A stretch of DNA of 64,000 nt from Hormiphora californensis (lineage: Eukaryota; Animalia; Ctenophora): positions 4,402,001-4,466,000 of the forward strand of contig CM035352.1 of NCBI GenBank assembly GCA_020137815.1, given 5' to 3'. Numbering within the stretch: position 1 is the stretch's first letter; each line of letters begins with the position of its first letter. The translations under genes were made by a program, and so were the position numbers. This document shows, piece by piece, positions 24,046-35,873 of this stretch. The notes beneath the pieces were generated by a model. That model ran no database searches and was not told the origin of the DNA. It was given only the letters and a program-made list of their open reading frames with translations.

Positions 24046-25991
24046 TGGACGCTCCTCTCGACAAAATCAGTGCTCTATTCATCAACCCGAAACACAGGAG
24101 CTCTGTCAAGGTTATCACTAGCTCCTCCTCTGAAGAATCCCTTGACTTCCACTACTGGATAGTCCCCACATTCAGAACTCCAATACAAAATCCCATTCCA
24201 CCTGCTGTGGAACCGGAATCCATCGGCCACACAACAGACTCGGCAAGAGAAACCACTGCCCAAGCATCTGACGAAACGAACGATCCCAAACCAGAGACCC
24301 GGGTAACCATAACCCCAGAAGAAAAAGATCCAGATGGCGCAACCGAGTCCACAACCACAAAAGAGATCAGTCCTGAAACAAGCTCAGAAGTGGCAACACC
24401 GGACTCGCCTAACCAAATTATCTTTGAACCCGACAGCAAAAACTTCATCAAAAAGGAACTGGCGACAAATATAATCACTTCGGCCAGCAAGAAAACCCTT
24501 AAGAAGCTCTGCGAAGCAGCCGACCACACCTTCACTGACATACTCGATGCAAGGATGCTCCTTCTCAAAGACCTAGACTCTATCTTTGAAGAAACTAGTA
24601 GGCCCTCGGCTAAGTTTTGCCGAGCCATGCTGGAACAGTTGACATCAACCGCCGTAAACTTGGAACTAGACCGACTTGAAATTGAGTCAAGTGTCAACAC
24701 GGTGGCCTTCAAAAGAACTCTACTGGTCAAACACTGGTGCGAAGATTCTGAATCTACCCCACATACAGCTAGCCAAAAACCCGTTACTGCAGCAAGCTTA
24801 AAGAAATCTTCCAGGAAACAGCAGATTAAGGCCCCGACCGATCAACAGAAGGTTGGAGAATCCTCAGAACACACCAATGGGAACAGACAGGAAGATGTAG
24901 CCAAACAACCCGCTCAGCCTGAATCCTCTAAAGATATCATAATCAAGCTAATGGAAGAAAGACTTCTCTCACTGGAAAGAAAGATGGACTCGATGTCAGC
25001 GGCAATGGTCGCCAGCGACAACGGAACAGAACTGCTCCTAAGAGAATCAGAAACGAAGATCAAGAACCTCCAGAAATCAGTGGAAGATCAGCAAAAACTC
25101 TTACAGAATCAGCAACTGTTGATCAATCAACTTCAAACCACCACGAACAACCTGAACCAAGCCCTTGAGAAATGCACCAAGGACCTCCAAGAACTCCGAC
25201 CTACCCCTAGCAACCACCAACCATCCTACAACTCACGGAGGAGGCAGGGCTCTACTAGACCAGATCAAAGCACAACCAGCTCTGGCAACACCACTCCAAA
25301 CACCATCAGTCCCCACATGAGGCAGCCCAACGCACAACCACCCACTCAGAGAGGAACCACAACTGCAAGTGGAGACCTCGCTCCAAGTAAACCAAAATGC
25401 TTCATAGCCCACGGCGCGGAAATGGACTCATTTGATAGGACGCTGTTCTCAAAATCTTTCGACATCGAAACACACAAGATAGCATCACTAGAGGAGGCGA
25501 AGACTGAACCCTCAAATCCCAGTGAACTCCAAAAAGCTATCAGGAAGCATCGCCCCGGTGCCATCGTCCTTCACGTAGGCAAGGAGGACATCCTTAAAAA
25601 ACTTAAAGACAAGCAACCTATTTCAGCTGAGATAGAAATACTAAAGTCTGTGGTAAAAGGGATACTACAAAACACCCCCTCTAAGATCTGCGTATCTCTA
25701 CCGATACCGGCTCCCAAACTACCATCTCTCGATGCCAGCATCAAAAACTGGAACCTACAAATATCCAGATTCATCACAGAACTCAGGAAAAACCCAGCCT
25801 TCACTAACCGGGTATTCACTATAAACAACGCCAGAATCGGTGAACACACTACAACCCAAGTTGCAACAGACAGTGGGATAGAAAGTATACCAACCGAACA
25901 TGGTGGGAAAAAACTCTGGCTAAATCTCAGAGAAGGGCTAAACAGAATGACCAATCCTAACCACAAAAGAAGACCTCACAATGAAGAGTAA
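24045..25991 (+). CDS. LINE-B ORF1: coiled coil plus degenerate SGNH/GDSL esterase-like domain
   Basis: Heptad-rich LMEERLLSLERK...LEKCTKDLQEL; PGAIVLHVGKEDI (block III GxND-like), ICVSLPIP, final helix GGKKLWLNLREGL; 648 codons open. Confidence 0.75.
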   Translation: MDAPLDKISALFINPKHRSSVKVITSSSSEESLDFHYWIVPTFRTPIQNPIPPAVEPESIGHTTDSARETTAQASDETNDPKPETRVTITPEEKDPDGATESTTTKEISPETSSEVATPDSPNQIIFEPDSKNFIKKELATNIITSASKKTLKKLCEAADHTFTDILDARMLLLKDLDSIFEETSRPSAKFCRAMLEQLTSTAVNLELDRLEIESSVNTVAFKRTLLVKHWCEDSESTPHTASQKPVTAASLKKSSRKQQIKAPTDQQKVGESSEHTNGNRQEDVAKQPAQPESSKDIIIKLMEERLLSLERKMDSMSAAMVASDNGTELLLRESETKIKNLQKSVEDQQKLLQNQQLLINQLQTTTNNLNQALEKCTKDLQELRPTPSNHQPSYNSRRRQGSTRPDQSTTSSGNTTPNTISPHMRQPNAQPPTQRGTTTASGDLAPSKPKCFIAHGAEMDSFDRTLFSKSFDIETHKIASLEEAKTEPSNPSELQKAIRKHRPGAIVLHVGKEDILKKLKDKQPISAEIEILKSVVKGILQNTPSKICVSLPIPAPKLPSLDASIKNWNLQISRFITELRKNPAFTNRVFTINNARIGEHTTTQVATDSGIESIPTEHGGKKLWLNLREGLNRMTNPNHKRRPHNEE

Positions 25992-28900
25992 TTCTCAAGG
26001 TGCACCCGAGGCAAACAGTTGCACGCTCAACATCGTGTCCTGGAACATTCACGGAATCAAAGACGCTAATCTTGGGCCCAAAACCAACTGTCATGAATTC
26101 CTCGCCCAACTGGGTGGTTCCCACGTATTCCTGCTACAAGAAACAAAGGGATCTGTTGAAGTTGACAGCTACATCTGCCACAACAAGACACGTCCCAACC
26201 CACGATCTGGCGGACTAACCATCGGCGTCCACTCAACTATAGCAGCACACACTAAACTAATCAAAACTGACCACGAGGACCTTCTCGCACTAAGGATTTC
26301 CAGGAAAATCACCGGGACAGGGAAGGACCTCACCATCATTAATGTATACGACTCCCCACCCGAAAGCAGTTACAAAAAGAAATGGGCAGGTACCAGTGAG
26401 GAGAGGGACACACTCCATGACCTGAGCCAACTGCTTCTATCTCTAAGGCAAACCGAGATCCTAATTGCCGGTGACATGAACGCTAGATTGAGTGGACTCA
26501 ACACGATCCCACCGACTCAACACATCTCTGATGACATTCTCTCCAGCGGAGACCCGTCTTATAAACAACTCCGCACCAGCAAAGATACTGTCTGCAATGA
26601 CAGAGGAGCCAAGCTACTTGACTGTCTGTCATCAGCTGAGCTTACCATCCTAAACGGCTGTACAATTGGTGATCTAACAGGACAGTATACCTGTCACACG
26701 TACAATGGAGCTAGTGTTGTTGATTACATCATTGCCTCTGATAGCATTCGCTGCTCCACCCGATCTCTCAAGGTCAGGCCACTCCTGCCACTATCGGACC
26801 ACTGCCCAATAGAAGTGACGCTTAACACCAAGACGACATTGAAAAGTGCAACAGCCCAAAGGAAGTTTCTAAACCTACCAGACGCTCCTCGGCGAACCAA
26901 ATGGAAAGACACTACCGCCCAGCTACTCAAAGAACGGCAAATGAAGGACTCTGATGCTATCTCTGGGTTAATCCGGACTACCTGCAATTGCCGTAATGAT
27001 GTGTACACCATGAACCAAAAAATATCAGATCTGCTTGCCGCCCAACTCAAAAGCACTGAACCAGCTGTAGACAAGAAAAAGAAGCACAAAAAACGATACA
27101 CGAAATCTAAATGGTATGATAAAGAGTGTGACATCCTACGCTTTGAAACCAACCGCCTTGCACGAGCCCAGGGCAAGGGGAAAACTGCTAACCCCAGGAT
27201 CAAAGACCTCTACCACCAGCAGAAACGATTGTATCGTCGAACAATGAGGAACAAGAAGAGCCAGCTCAAGCAAAACTTGAGCAGCAGAATTCTCTCATCC
27301 AAAACATTGAACTGGGACACAATCGAGGAACTGAAACAGCAATTCGATCAAAAAGAGGAACTCAGCATCTCTCATATGACCGACTTCCACAGCTTCTTCA
27401 ATCAGCTTTACTCCAAAAATCAGAACGAGAAAACTGACACCTGGAAAGCCGACATCCATACTAAAATCAATCTGCAATCAGAACTGGAAAGTGCACTCAA
27501 CCAACCTATATGCACTAATGATGTCGAAAAGGCTGTCAAGGATCTAAAAAGGGGCAAATCGCCAGGCATTGATGGAATACCTAACGAACTACTCAAAGAG
27601 GCATGTCCCAACACGATACAGCTACTCACACATCTGTATAACCAATGCCTCGAACACGGCGTGTACCCTTGGAACACTACGGTTATAACACCTATCCACA
27701 AAAAAGGGCCCAAACATGACCCTAACAACTACCGAGCTATTGCTGTAGGGAGCAGTCTGGGGCGTGTCTTCTCCGCCATCTATCTGGAGCGCCTAGTGAA
27801 CTTCAGGAAGACTCACTGCCCGGACCCGCCCAACCAACAAGGCTTTGTGAAGGGTGCTCAAACCAGTGACCACCTTTTAACACTCCATACTGCCATTCAG
27901 AAAGGAATACAGAACAAAGGAAGGCTCTACACTTGCTTTATCGACTTTCGTAAGGCATTCGATGGCCTCAACAGAGACGCCCTTCTCCTAAAACTGCTAA
28001 ACCTTGGAGTTCGTGGGAAGTTCTTCAATGTACTCGACCACATGTACAACAACTCCAAGGCTCGCCTAAAACTAGCTCAGAAACTCTCTGATCTCATTGA
28101 CATCCAAATTGGTACAGAACAAGGGCATGTCACAAGTCCAGAGCTTTTCAAGTGTTTCCTCTTGGACCTATCCACAATACTCAATGATAAAGACCTAAAA
28201 TCTGACCCAGTAGCACTAGGAACAGCCCTAGTGACTCACTTGCTCTGGGCTGATGATCTGGTACTTATGTCAACCTCGGCTAAGGGTCTACAAAAACTCC
28301 TCGATGCCCTCTACCGGTTCTGCTCTGATTGGGATCTTACCGTTAACACCGAAAAAACGGCTATAATGGTCTTTAACCAAGCTGGGAGGAAACTCAAAGA
28401 ATCCAACGGTTTTCTCTACGGCGACTCACACATCCCATCAACCAAGACCTATCAATATCTCGGTTTGACTTTCTCGGTGAATGGTAACCTACGAGAAGCC
28501 CAAAAACAACTGAGAATCAAGAGCATGCGGAGCATTTTCGCCATAAAAAGAATAGTGGATATCAGATCAATATCCAAGCAAGCGGCCCTAAAACTATTTG
28601 ATGCTCTGGTAGCACCTGTAGCAGGGTATGCATCAGCTATCTGGCTGCACGAAACAAGATTTCTCAAGACATCTCTAAACGGGAAGCATGTGAAAACTAC
28701 ATCGAAGGACATCTGGGACGACCAAACAGAAAAATGTCAAACCAGCTTTCTGAGATGGCTACTAGGACTTCGGAAAAACACACCGCTACCTCCACTCTAC
28801 GGGGACACTGATAGAGTCCCCCTGGCCGTAAGAAACAGCAAACACCTGCTGGACTTCCACAATAGACTATGTATCATGAGCAACACTCTCGACAACCAAA

Positions 28901-29481
28901 GCAAGCTAGTCGTACACGCCTATAACGAACAGAAGCGACTACAGTTGCCCTGGTATCAAAGTGTCCTAAGGACCTCCGAGATATTCGACTCCAATGCCCA
29001 CCACCCGCAGAAGACACTTCTCCCTAACTCCCAACTCGTGCAGGCCCGTATCTCAGATTGGTTTTGGACCCAATGGGACGATATTCGCCACAGCAACCGG
29101 AAGCTTGAATTCTACAACAGTGTCAAGACCGGACATGGCTTTGAGGATTACCTAGAAAGAAGGACGGCACCTGACTTCATCAAGTTAAGAACGAGTACCC
29201 ACCGCCTAAAAATCGAAACCGGACGCCATAACAAAACTGACAGATCTGAGCGCCTCTGTGATGATTGCTCCTCACCCGAGTCTATACCTCTTCTGCGTGC
29301 CCTCCCTTTCTTCGACCCCATCATCCAAGATGAGTGGCACATGCTGAATGAATGCACCCGCACCAAATCAGCTCGAGACCGCCTAACAGATCAAGACAGA
29401 ACCTCCCTTCGTGGTCATGTCTTCCCCTCACATATCAATCATCATCTCTCTCACCTAATTCACACCATCATCAACCCATAA
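25981..29481 (+). CDS. LINE-B ORF2: APE endonuclease, reverse transcriptase and C-terminal CCHC
   Basis: APE: SWNIHG, LQET, GDMNAR, VVDYII, LSDHCPI. RT: KSPGIDGIPNE, NYRAIA, QQGF, FIDFRKAFD, GTEQG..TSPELF, WADD, YLGLTF. C-terminus: RLKIETGR..RLCDDC..DEWHMLNEC. 1166 aa, uninterrupted. Confidence 0.95.
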   Translation: MKSNSQGAPEANSCTLNIVSWNIHGIKDANLGPKTNCHEFLAQLGGSHVFLLQETKGSVEVDSYICHNKTRPNPRSGGLTIGVHSTIAAHTKLIKTDHEDLLALRISRKITGTGKDLTIINVYDSPPESSYKKKWAGTSEERDTLHDLSQLLLSLRQTEILIAGDMNARLSGLNTIPPTQHISDDILSSGDPSYKQLRTSKDTVCNDRGAKLLDCLSSAELTILNGCTIGDLTGQYTCHTYNGASVVDYIIASDSIRCSTRSLKVRPLLPLSDHCPIEVTLNTKTTLKSATAQRKFLNLPDAPRRTKWKDTTAQLLKERQMKDSDAISGLIRTTCNCRNDVYTMNQKISDLLAAQLKSTEPAVDKKKKHKKRYTKSKWYDKECDILRFETNRLARAQGKGKTANPRIKDLYHQQKRLYRRTMRNKKSQLKQNLSSRILSSKTLNWDTIEELKQQFDQKEELSISHMTDFHSFFNQLYSKNQNEKTDTWKADIHTKINLQSELESALNQPICTNDVEKAVKDLKRGKSPGIDGIPNELLKEACPNTIQLLTHLYNQCLEHGVYPWNTTVITPIHKKGPKHDPNNYRAIAVGSSLGRVFSAIYLERLVNFRKTHCPDPPNQQGFVKGAQTSDHLLTLHTAIQKGIQNKGRLYTCFIDFRKAFDGLNRDALLLKLLNLGVRGKFFNVLDHMYNNSKARLKLAQKLSDLIDIQIGTEQGHVTSPELFKCFLLDLSTILNDKDLKSDPVALGTALVTHLLWADDLVLMSTSAKGLQKLLDALYRFCSDWDLTVNTEKTAIMVFNQAGRKLKESNGFLYGDSHIPSTKTYQYLGLTFSVNGNLREAQKQLRIKSMRSIFAIKRIVDIRSISKQAALKLFDALVAPVAGYASAIWLHETRFLKTSLNGKHVKTTSKDIWDDQTEKCQTSFLRWLLGLRKNTPLPPLYGDTDRVPLAVRNSKHLLDFHNRLCIMSNTLDNQSKLVVHAYNEQKRLQLPWYQSVLRTSEIFDSNAHHPQKTLLPNSQLVQARISDWFWTQWDDIRHSNRKLEFYNSVKTGHGFEDYLERRTAPDFIKLRTSTHRLKIETGRHNKTDRSERLCDDCSSPESIPLLRALPFFDPIIQDEWHMLNECTRTKSARDRLTDQDRTSLRGHVFPSHINHHLSHLIHTIINP

Positions 29482-30020
29482 TACACACACTACCACCGCC
29501 CACCATACCTCTCCTCTCAACCCCCCTGAACCCTCTCTCTACCCCTCCTACTCCCACTTTTTTATAGTTATATGACAATAATATTATTGTTAAGTACTTT
29601 TTAATTTGAATCTTGAAATCTTGAATCTTGAATCTTGTTTGGTAACAGTTACTAAGGAGAGAGAGAAAGAAATAACAAGATATGGGGCATGCCAGACATA
29701 ACACAGAGGAATTGAGATAGTGAAACAAAAGGAAAGATAAAGAGAGAGTAATTGACGGAATGTGTTGTTTCTTTCTCTCCAATTTAGTGTGTAACTCTTC
29801 CAAACAGTGTTCCCTCTGTATTTCAGTAAGAACTGATCATTTTCACACACTTTGAATGTAACATAGGAGTTAAAAATAAATAACCTGCCAGTGGGAAATA
29901 ATCTGCCGCTGGACTGGCTGGTTATCAAGAGCGCGCTAGTGGGACTTCTCGCCACTGGCGCATTATTTAGTTAGCAGGGTATATAATTTTATCAAACTTC
30001 ATTGAAACTCATTCTACATA

Positions 30021-30103
30021 CAGTAGGACCCCGATTTACCGGGCCTTGATTTACCGTGCAATACCCTTTCCCCCGAGCATCCCGGTAAATCGGGGTCCGA
30101 CTG
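30021..30103. mobile_element. TA-flanked MITE, same family as 1683-1781
   Basis: TA|cagtaggaccccgatttaccggg...cccggtaaatcggggtccgactg|TA. Confidence 0.75.
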
Positions 30104-30672
30104 TACTATTATGATATTTTATAACTACCTTTCCAAGTAGGGAGGGTTGTTCAAGAGACAGTAACAAGCGACTCCGGGGCCTAACTGAACGACCTATTTT
30201 CCTGGATTCGCATATCGAGTCTCTGAAAGCTATGCAGTCCATTATTACCAGGGGGATACCTGGCCATCTTAGATTCTCTGCTCAGGTAGGTGAGGGGGAA
30301 TACCTCAACCTCTTAGATTCTCTGCTCAGGTAGGTGAGGGGAACCCGAAGCAACTATAATAGCCCATACTTGGGTTGTGCAATTTCCCTACGGTCATAGC
30401 TGCAGAGAGAAGCTACAATTTGGAGGTTAGGAAGAACTCGGCATGTCGACAGACGACATAATCTCCATACCATATTTTGACCGTGGCCGTAGGGGAAAAC
30501 GCAAAACGTAATTAAGAGTTGTTGTTGTCTGGTATTTCCTTTAGTTAAAGCTGAACAACAAACCGTGTTTTACACATCTATTGAAATGAATTACATAGTA
30601 TTTTCAAGAAAATATATCTTCTACATTTTAGCTCACACACACACACACACACGTCCATTGTCCGATTCCTTT

Positions 30673-32956
30673 TTAAATTTCCACCCGTACGTATCCCGCC
30701 TCATCGTCCTCCAGTAGTGGGATAGCTCGGGAAGGGGGTAATTTCTCATATCCAGGATCAGCTGGCTCAGCCAAATATTTCCTTTCCATTTTTTCGTACT
30801 CTTGCTTGTCTGGATCAACGGCTTTAGAATGTATCAATTTCTGGTAGACAGGCTCACCATAGTTGGCATTGGAATCTCTTGGTTGAGGAGGATCAATTGG
30901 TGGGATGCCCTCGTCAATTGGTGGAATGCCCTCGTTAATTGGCGGGATCCTCGCATCCATTTGTCGTCTATCATGTAGGCGGCAACCTATAATCGCCACC
31001 AGAGCGGCTATTGCAATGCCAGAAAGACATGTTATTGACACAATGTAGTTCACTGTAGTCCAATCACCGCTGTCAATCTCTCCTGTGCCATCATCGTCAT
31101 TCCAATCAGTGATAATAATATCAGTTGGAGCTGTAACTTCTGTAAACCAGTTGATAAACACATTCAGAGAATGGGGGGGGGGAGGGGACCGGGGAGGGGA
31201 CTGGGGAGGGGGGTCAGATAAACATGATAATGGGGGAGGGGGTCAGTTAAATTTTGGGATGGAGAGGAGGGTCGGGTAAACATCAGAACTTTCTAATTGA
31301 TAATGGCGGAACTATCACACAAATACTGACAGCAGTGGACTTACCGATACACTCAGCATCCTCAACAGGTGAACTCCATGTCCCGTTATCTTGACATGTG
31401 GCGGTTGAATTTCCAACAAGAATGTGGTCCCCCCGACACTGAATGGTAATGATTGTACCAGGTAGGGAGTCTGACCAGATTCCTGAACCATCCACCTCGA
31501 ACCCAGGACACAGTTCTAAAGGGGAAACAATTATTTACTACAATACGATAGTCTCTTCACTTTACAGAGGATTGTGATACTTCAAACAACGACCTCCTAG
31601 GCTAGGAGTCCTAGAGTGACAATAAAAAGACTAGCAGTATACCTACTGTATAATGAATAAAATGCAGTAGATACAATGTATTTATACGGGGGATACATTT
31701 TGTCTGCGATATTTAAATTTCAAAATAGTTAACGGGTATTAAAAAGCCAATCACTATCTTGGCTATGATAGCACGGTGAAGCGAAAAGAGACCACATCTT
31801 ACCGATACACTCAGCATCCTCAACAGGCGAACTCCATGTCCCGTTATCTTGACATGTGGCGGTTGAATTTCCAACAAGAATGTGGTCCCTGCCTCGACAC
31901 TGAATGGTAATGATTGTTCCAGGTAAGGAGTCTGACCAGATTCCTGAACCATCCACCTCGAAACCAGGACACGGATCTAAAGGGGAAACGTATGTTAGAA
32001 GTGCTACCGACAGCAGCAATACACTTAACATCGCAATAGGTCCATAGTTCTATCTATTCTCTAAGCCTCTCATACCTGTAGTAAGGCATTGTCTGAAACA
32101 GTAGCTCGGATATAAAAAATCTTTCTCGAGGGAAGTTATCGACTCCACGATGTCTTCATCCCACGGTTTGCACTTTTCCGGGAAGGCATACTTTAGAAGC
32201 TCCTCCCCGTTGAATGATATGAGCAGGATGGTATCGGTCTTAATTAGCTTCCAAACATGTTCATGTTCATCAGCAGTAGCATTAGTAGTAGCATTTGTAG
32301 CAGTAGTTGTATTAGTATTTGTAGCAGAGGTAGCAGATGTAGCAGGTGTAGGAGTAGTAGTGGGTCGGACAGAAATAACTGTGATGTAATTTTAGTTAGA
32401 AAGATACCGACCGGTTTGGGAACTATCAGAATTTTCCTATTATTCTTCTATTATATCTTTCTATAAGTTTTCGTATTTAGTCAGTTGTCTTACTGGATAC
32501 GTTACTACGAGAGGATTATAACTAAACAATATATATCTGGTGTCGGTCCCTGATATTCGTCTCACCTGTCTCGGTTGCCATGCAGTCCCCAATGATATAC
32601 TGTGTACTATCGGGCTCAAGGAATAGCGTTACACTCCCCGCGACATCTAGCCCACAGAAACCACTGCAACTACCAAACAATAGCACCACATACTTGCCGA
32701 ACGGACTGCCGGTGTTGAAGTAGAGAGAACTACTCTCCAGATCTAACTTGATCATATCCTCAAAGTCATCTAACGGTATCCAACCTGTGAACAAAGCTTG
32801 AAGTAGCTACAACACCATGAAACAATTCAGTAACAAACCTTGAGATTGGGCGGTTGAGTTGGCGATAGATATGGTCGTGTGTACGTGTTGGGCGGTTGAT
32901 TGGGCGGTTGATTGGCCCACCGTTAGGATAAGAAATATCAAAAGGTAAGCCATCAT
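30673..32956 (-). CDS. 483 aa type I membrane receptor: signal peptide, unassigned domain with Thr-rich insert, 2 Sushi/CCP domains, TM, Tyr-motif tail (exons 32839-32956, 32566-32784, 32076-32378, 31803-31976, 31345-31515, 30673-31139)
   Basis: Five GT-AG phase-1 introns give one open frame; MMAYLLIFLILTVG signal; CPGF...IQC...LVGNSTATCQDNGTWSSP..C twice; TM YIVSITCLSGIAIAALVAIIGC. Confidence 0.8.
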
Positions 32957-33715
32957 TTGGAAATGGAAAGTTTGTTTTTTGATCCCGCAGCTCACTCTAT
33001 ATCCTGTTATTCAGAAAACAAATGCATTTTCACACGGTCACGTGGTACATATCCAGCTACTCATACAATGGTTTTCTCCTTGTTTTTATGACTTTTGAGT
33101 TTTGACCTTGAAGGGCCGGTTGCACCGTCCGCGGCATCATGATGATTGGAGTGGGGGCAACTTTTGATAACGGCTACTCATGGAAAAAGTTTAAATCATC
33201 TTTCACTCACTTTTAGTTAGAACTCATAAAGTCAAACCTCGATTTATCGGACCTCATGGGGAAACGTTTATTGCACAGTAGATCGAGGTGCACTGTATAT
33301 TTATATATTTTAGAGGTTCAGGTAAATTGAGATCAAATAAATCTAGGTTCAACTGTATACAATTGGGAAACAAAACTTTAATTTCAGATCAAACCAGAGC
33401 AAATGGAATCATTCCTGTGGTTGGCCCAAGTGGTTGGGACTTCAGAGATAACGTTACAAGACAAGTTGTGTCCCAATTCACCCTCCAAGAGTGTGATCTT
33501 GAATCCTGGGGATACATGTAAGTAGCGGCATTTAGAATAGGCAATATCTTATTTCATCTACTTGTTTTTAAATGTATCTACTTTATATAATCTCATGTTT
33601 AATTTAATGTCTTGTACCTTCAGTGGTTTTATCGCCTGACGACATGGCATCGTTAGAGATACGGGGAGGAGAGGAGAGAATTCTGTTATATAATACATTC
33701 CATACAGATTAGTAT

Positions 33716-34360
33716 CATGACGACCACACATGTTGCCATGACGACCACAAGTTGCCATGACGACCACACGTGTTGCCATGACGACCACAAGTTGCCATGA
33801 CGACCACAAGTGTTGCCATGACGACCACACGTGTTGCCATGACGACCACAAGTTGCCATGACGACCACAAGTTGCAATGACGACCACAAGTTGCCATGAC
33901 GACCACAAGTTGCCATGACGACCACACGTGTTGCCATGACGACCACAAGTTGCCATGACGACCACAAGTGTTGCCATGACGACCACACGTGTTGCCATGA
34001 CGACCACAAGTTGCCATGACGACCACAAGTTGCAATGACGACCACAAGTTGCCATGACGACCACAAGTTGCCATGACGACCACACGTGTTGCCATGACGA
34101 CCACAAGTTGTAATGACGACCACAAGTTGCCATGACGACCACAAGTTGCCATGACGACCACAAGTTGCAATGACGACCAGAAGTTGCCATGACGACCACA
34201 AGTTGTAATGACGACCACAAGTTGCCATGACGACCACAAGTTGCAATGACGATCAGAAGTTGCAATGACGACCACAAGTTGCCATGACGACCACAAGTTG
34301 CCATGACGACCAGAAGTTGCCATGACGACCACACGTGTTGCTATGACGACCACAAGTTGT
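33716..34360. repeat. 19/21 bp minisatellite (gttgccatgacgaccacaa)
   Basis: More than 30 tandem units; explains the spurious overlapping ORFs at 33558-34353. Confidence 0.97.
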
Positions 34361-34576
34361 CAAGGTTACTATCGGAAGATGTAGTGGTATACCAGTCTAT
34401 TCAATATTTCTTTTAACTTCTTGACTTTATCTTGATCCAATTTATTTTTGAATTCTCCTCATTATATCTGAGTTTTTATCTTTGCTCCCCCACCCCAAGT
34501 CCCAGTCCTCCCCCAATCCCTGTTTACACCAACTACCCCCTGATTTAGCATCCCGGGATATGACACTACCACCAGT

Positions 34577-34752
34577 CTGACACCACTCTGACACCACTCT
34601 GACACCACTCTGACACTACTCTGACACCTGACTGACACTACTCTGACACCACTCTGACACCACTCTGACACTACTCTGACACCTGACTGACACTACTCTG
34701 ACACTACTCTGACACCACTCTGACACCACTCTGACACTACTCTGACACCACC
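34577..34752. repeat. 11 bp tandem repeat (ctgacaccact) directly upstream of the TMBIM start
   Basis: About 15 units with variants. Confidence 0.92.
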
Positions 34753-34766
34753 ACCACTTTGACGTC

Positions 34767-35768
<1,002 letters not shown>

Positions 35769-35796
35769 AGAGAGAGAGAGGGAGAGAGAGAGGGGA

Positions 35797-35873
<77 letters not shown>

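Larger units (their letters stand above)
22950..29637 (+). mobile_element. LINE-B: apparently full-length, intact three-ORF non-LTR retrotransposon (RTEX-like)
   Basis: Three overlapping uninterrupted ORFs, a short 3' UTR and a (TCTTGAA)n tandem-repeat tail at ~29605-29637; 5' boundary approximate. Confidence 0.85.

Noticed and set aside
24152-29366. Antisense ORFs inside LINE-B
   Set aside because: Shadow frames of the long sense ORFs with no recognisable motifs.
31977-32031. Apparent signal peptide MLSVLLLSVALLTYVSP starting a separate Sushi gene
   Set aside because: It lies inside a 99 nt GT-AG phase-1 intron of the longer 6-exon model, which has its own signal peptide; an alternative start cannot be fully excluded.
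33716-34360. CRISPR-like array or repetitive protein
   Set aside because: Head-to-tail minisatellite with no unique spacers and no cas genes; the ORFs are open only because the unit lacks stops.
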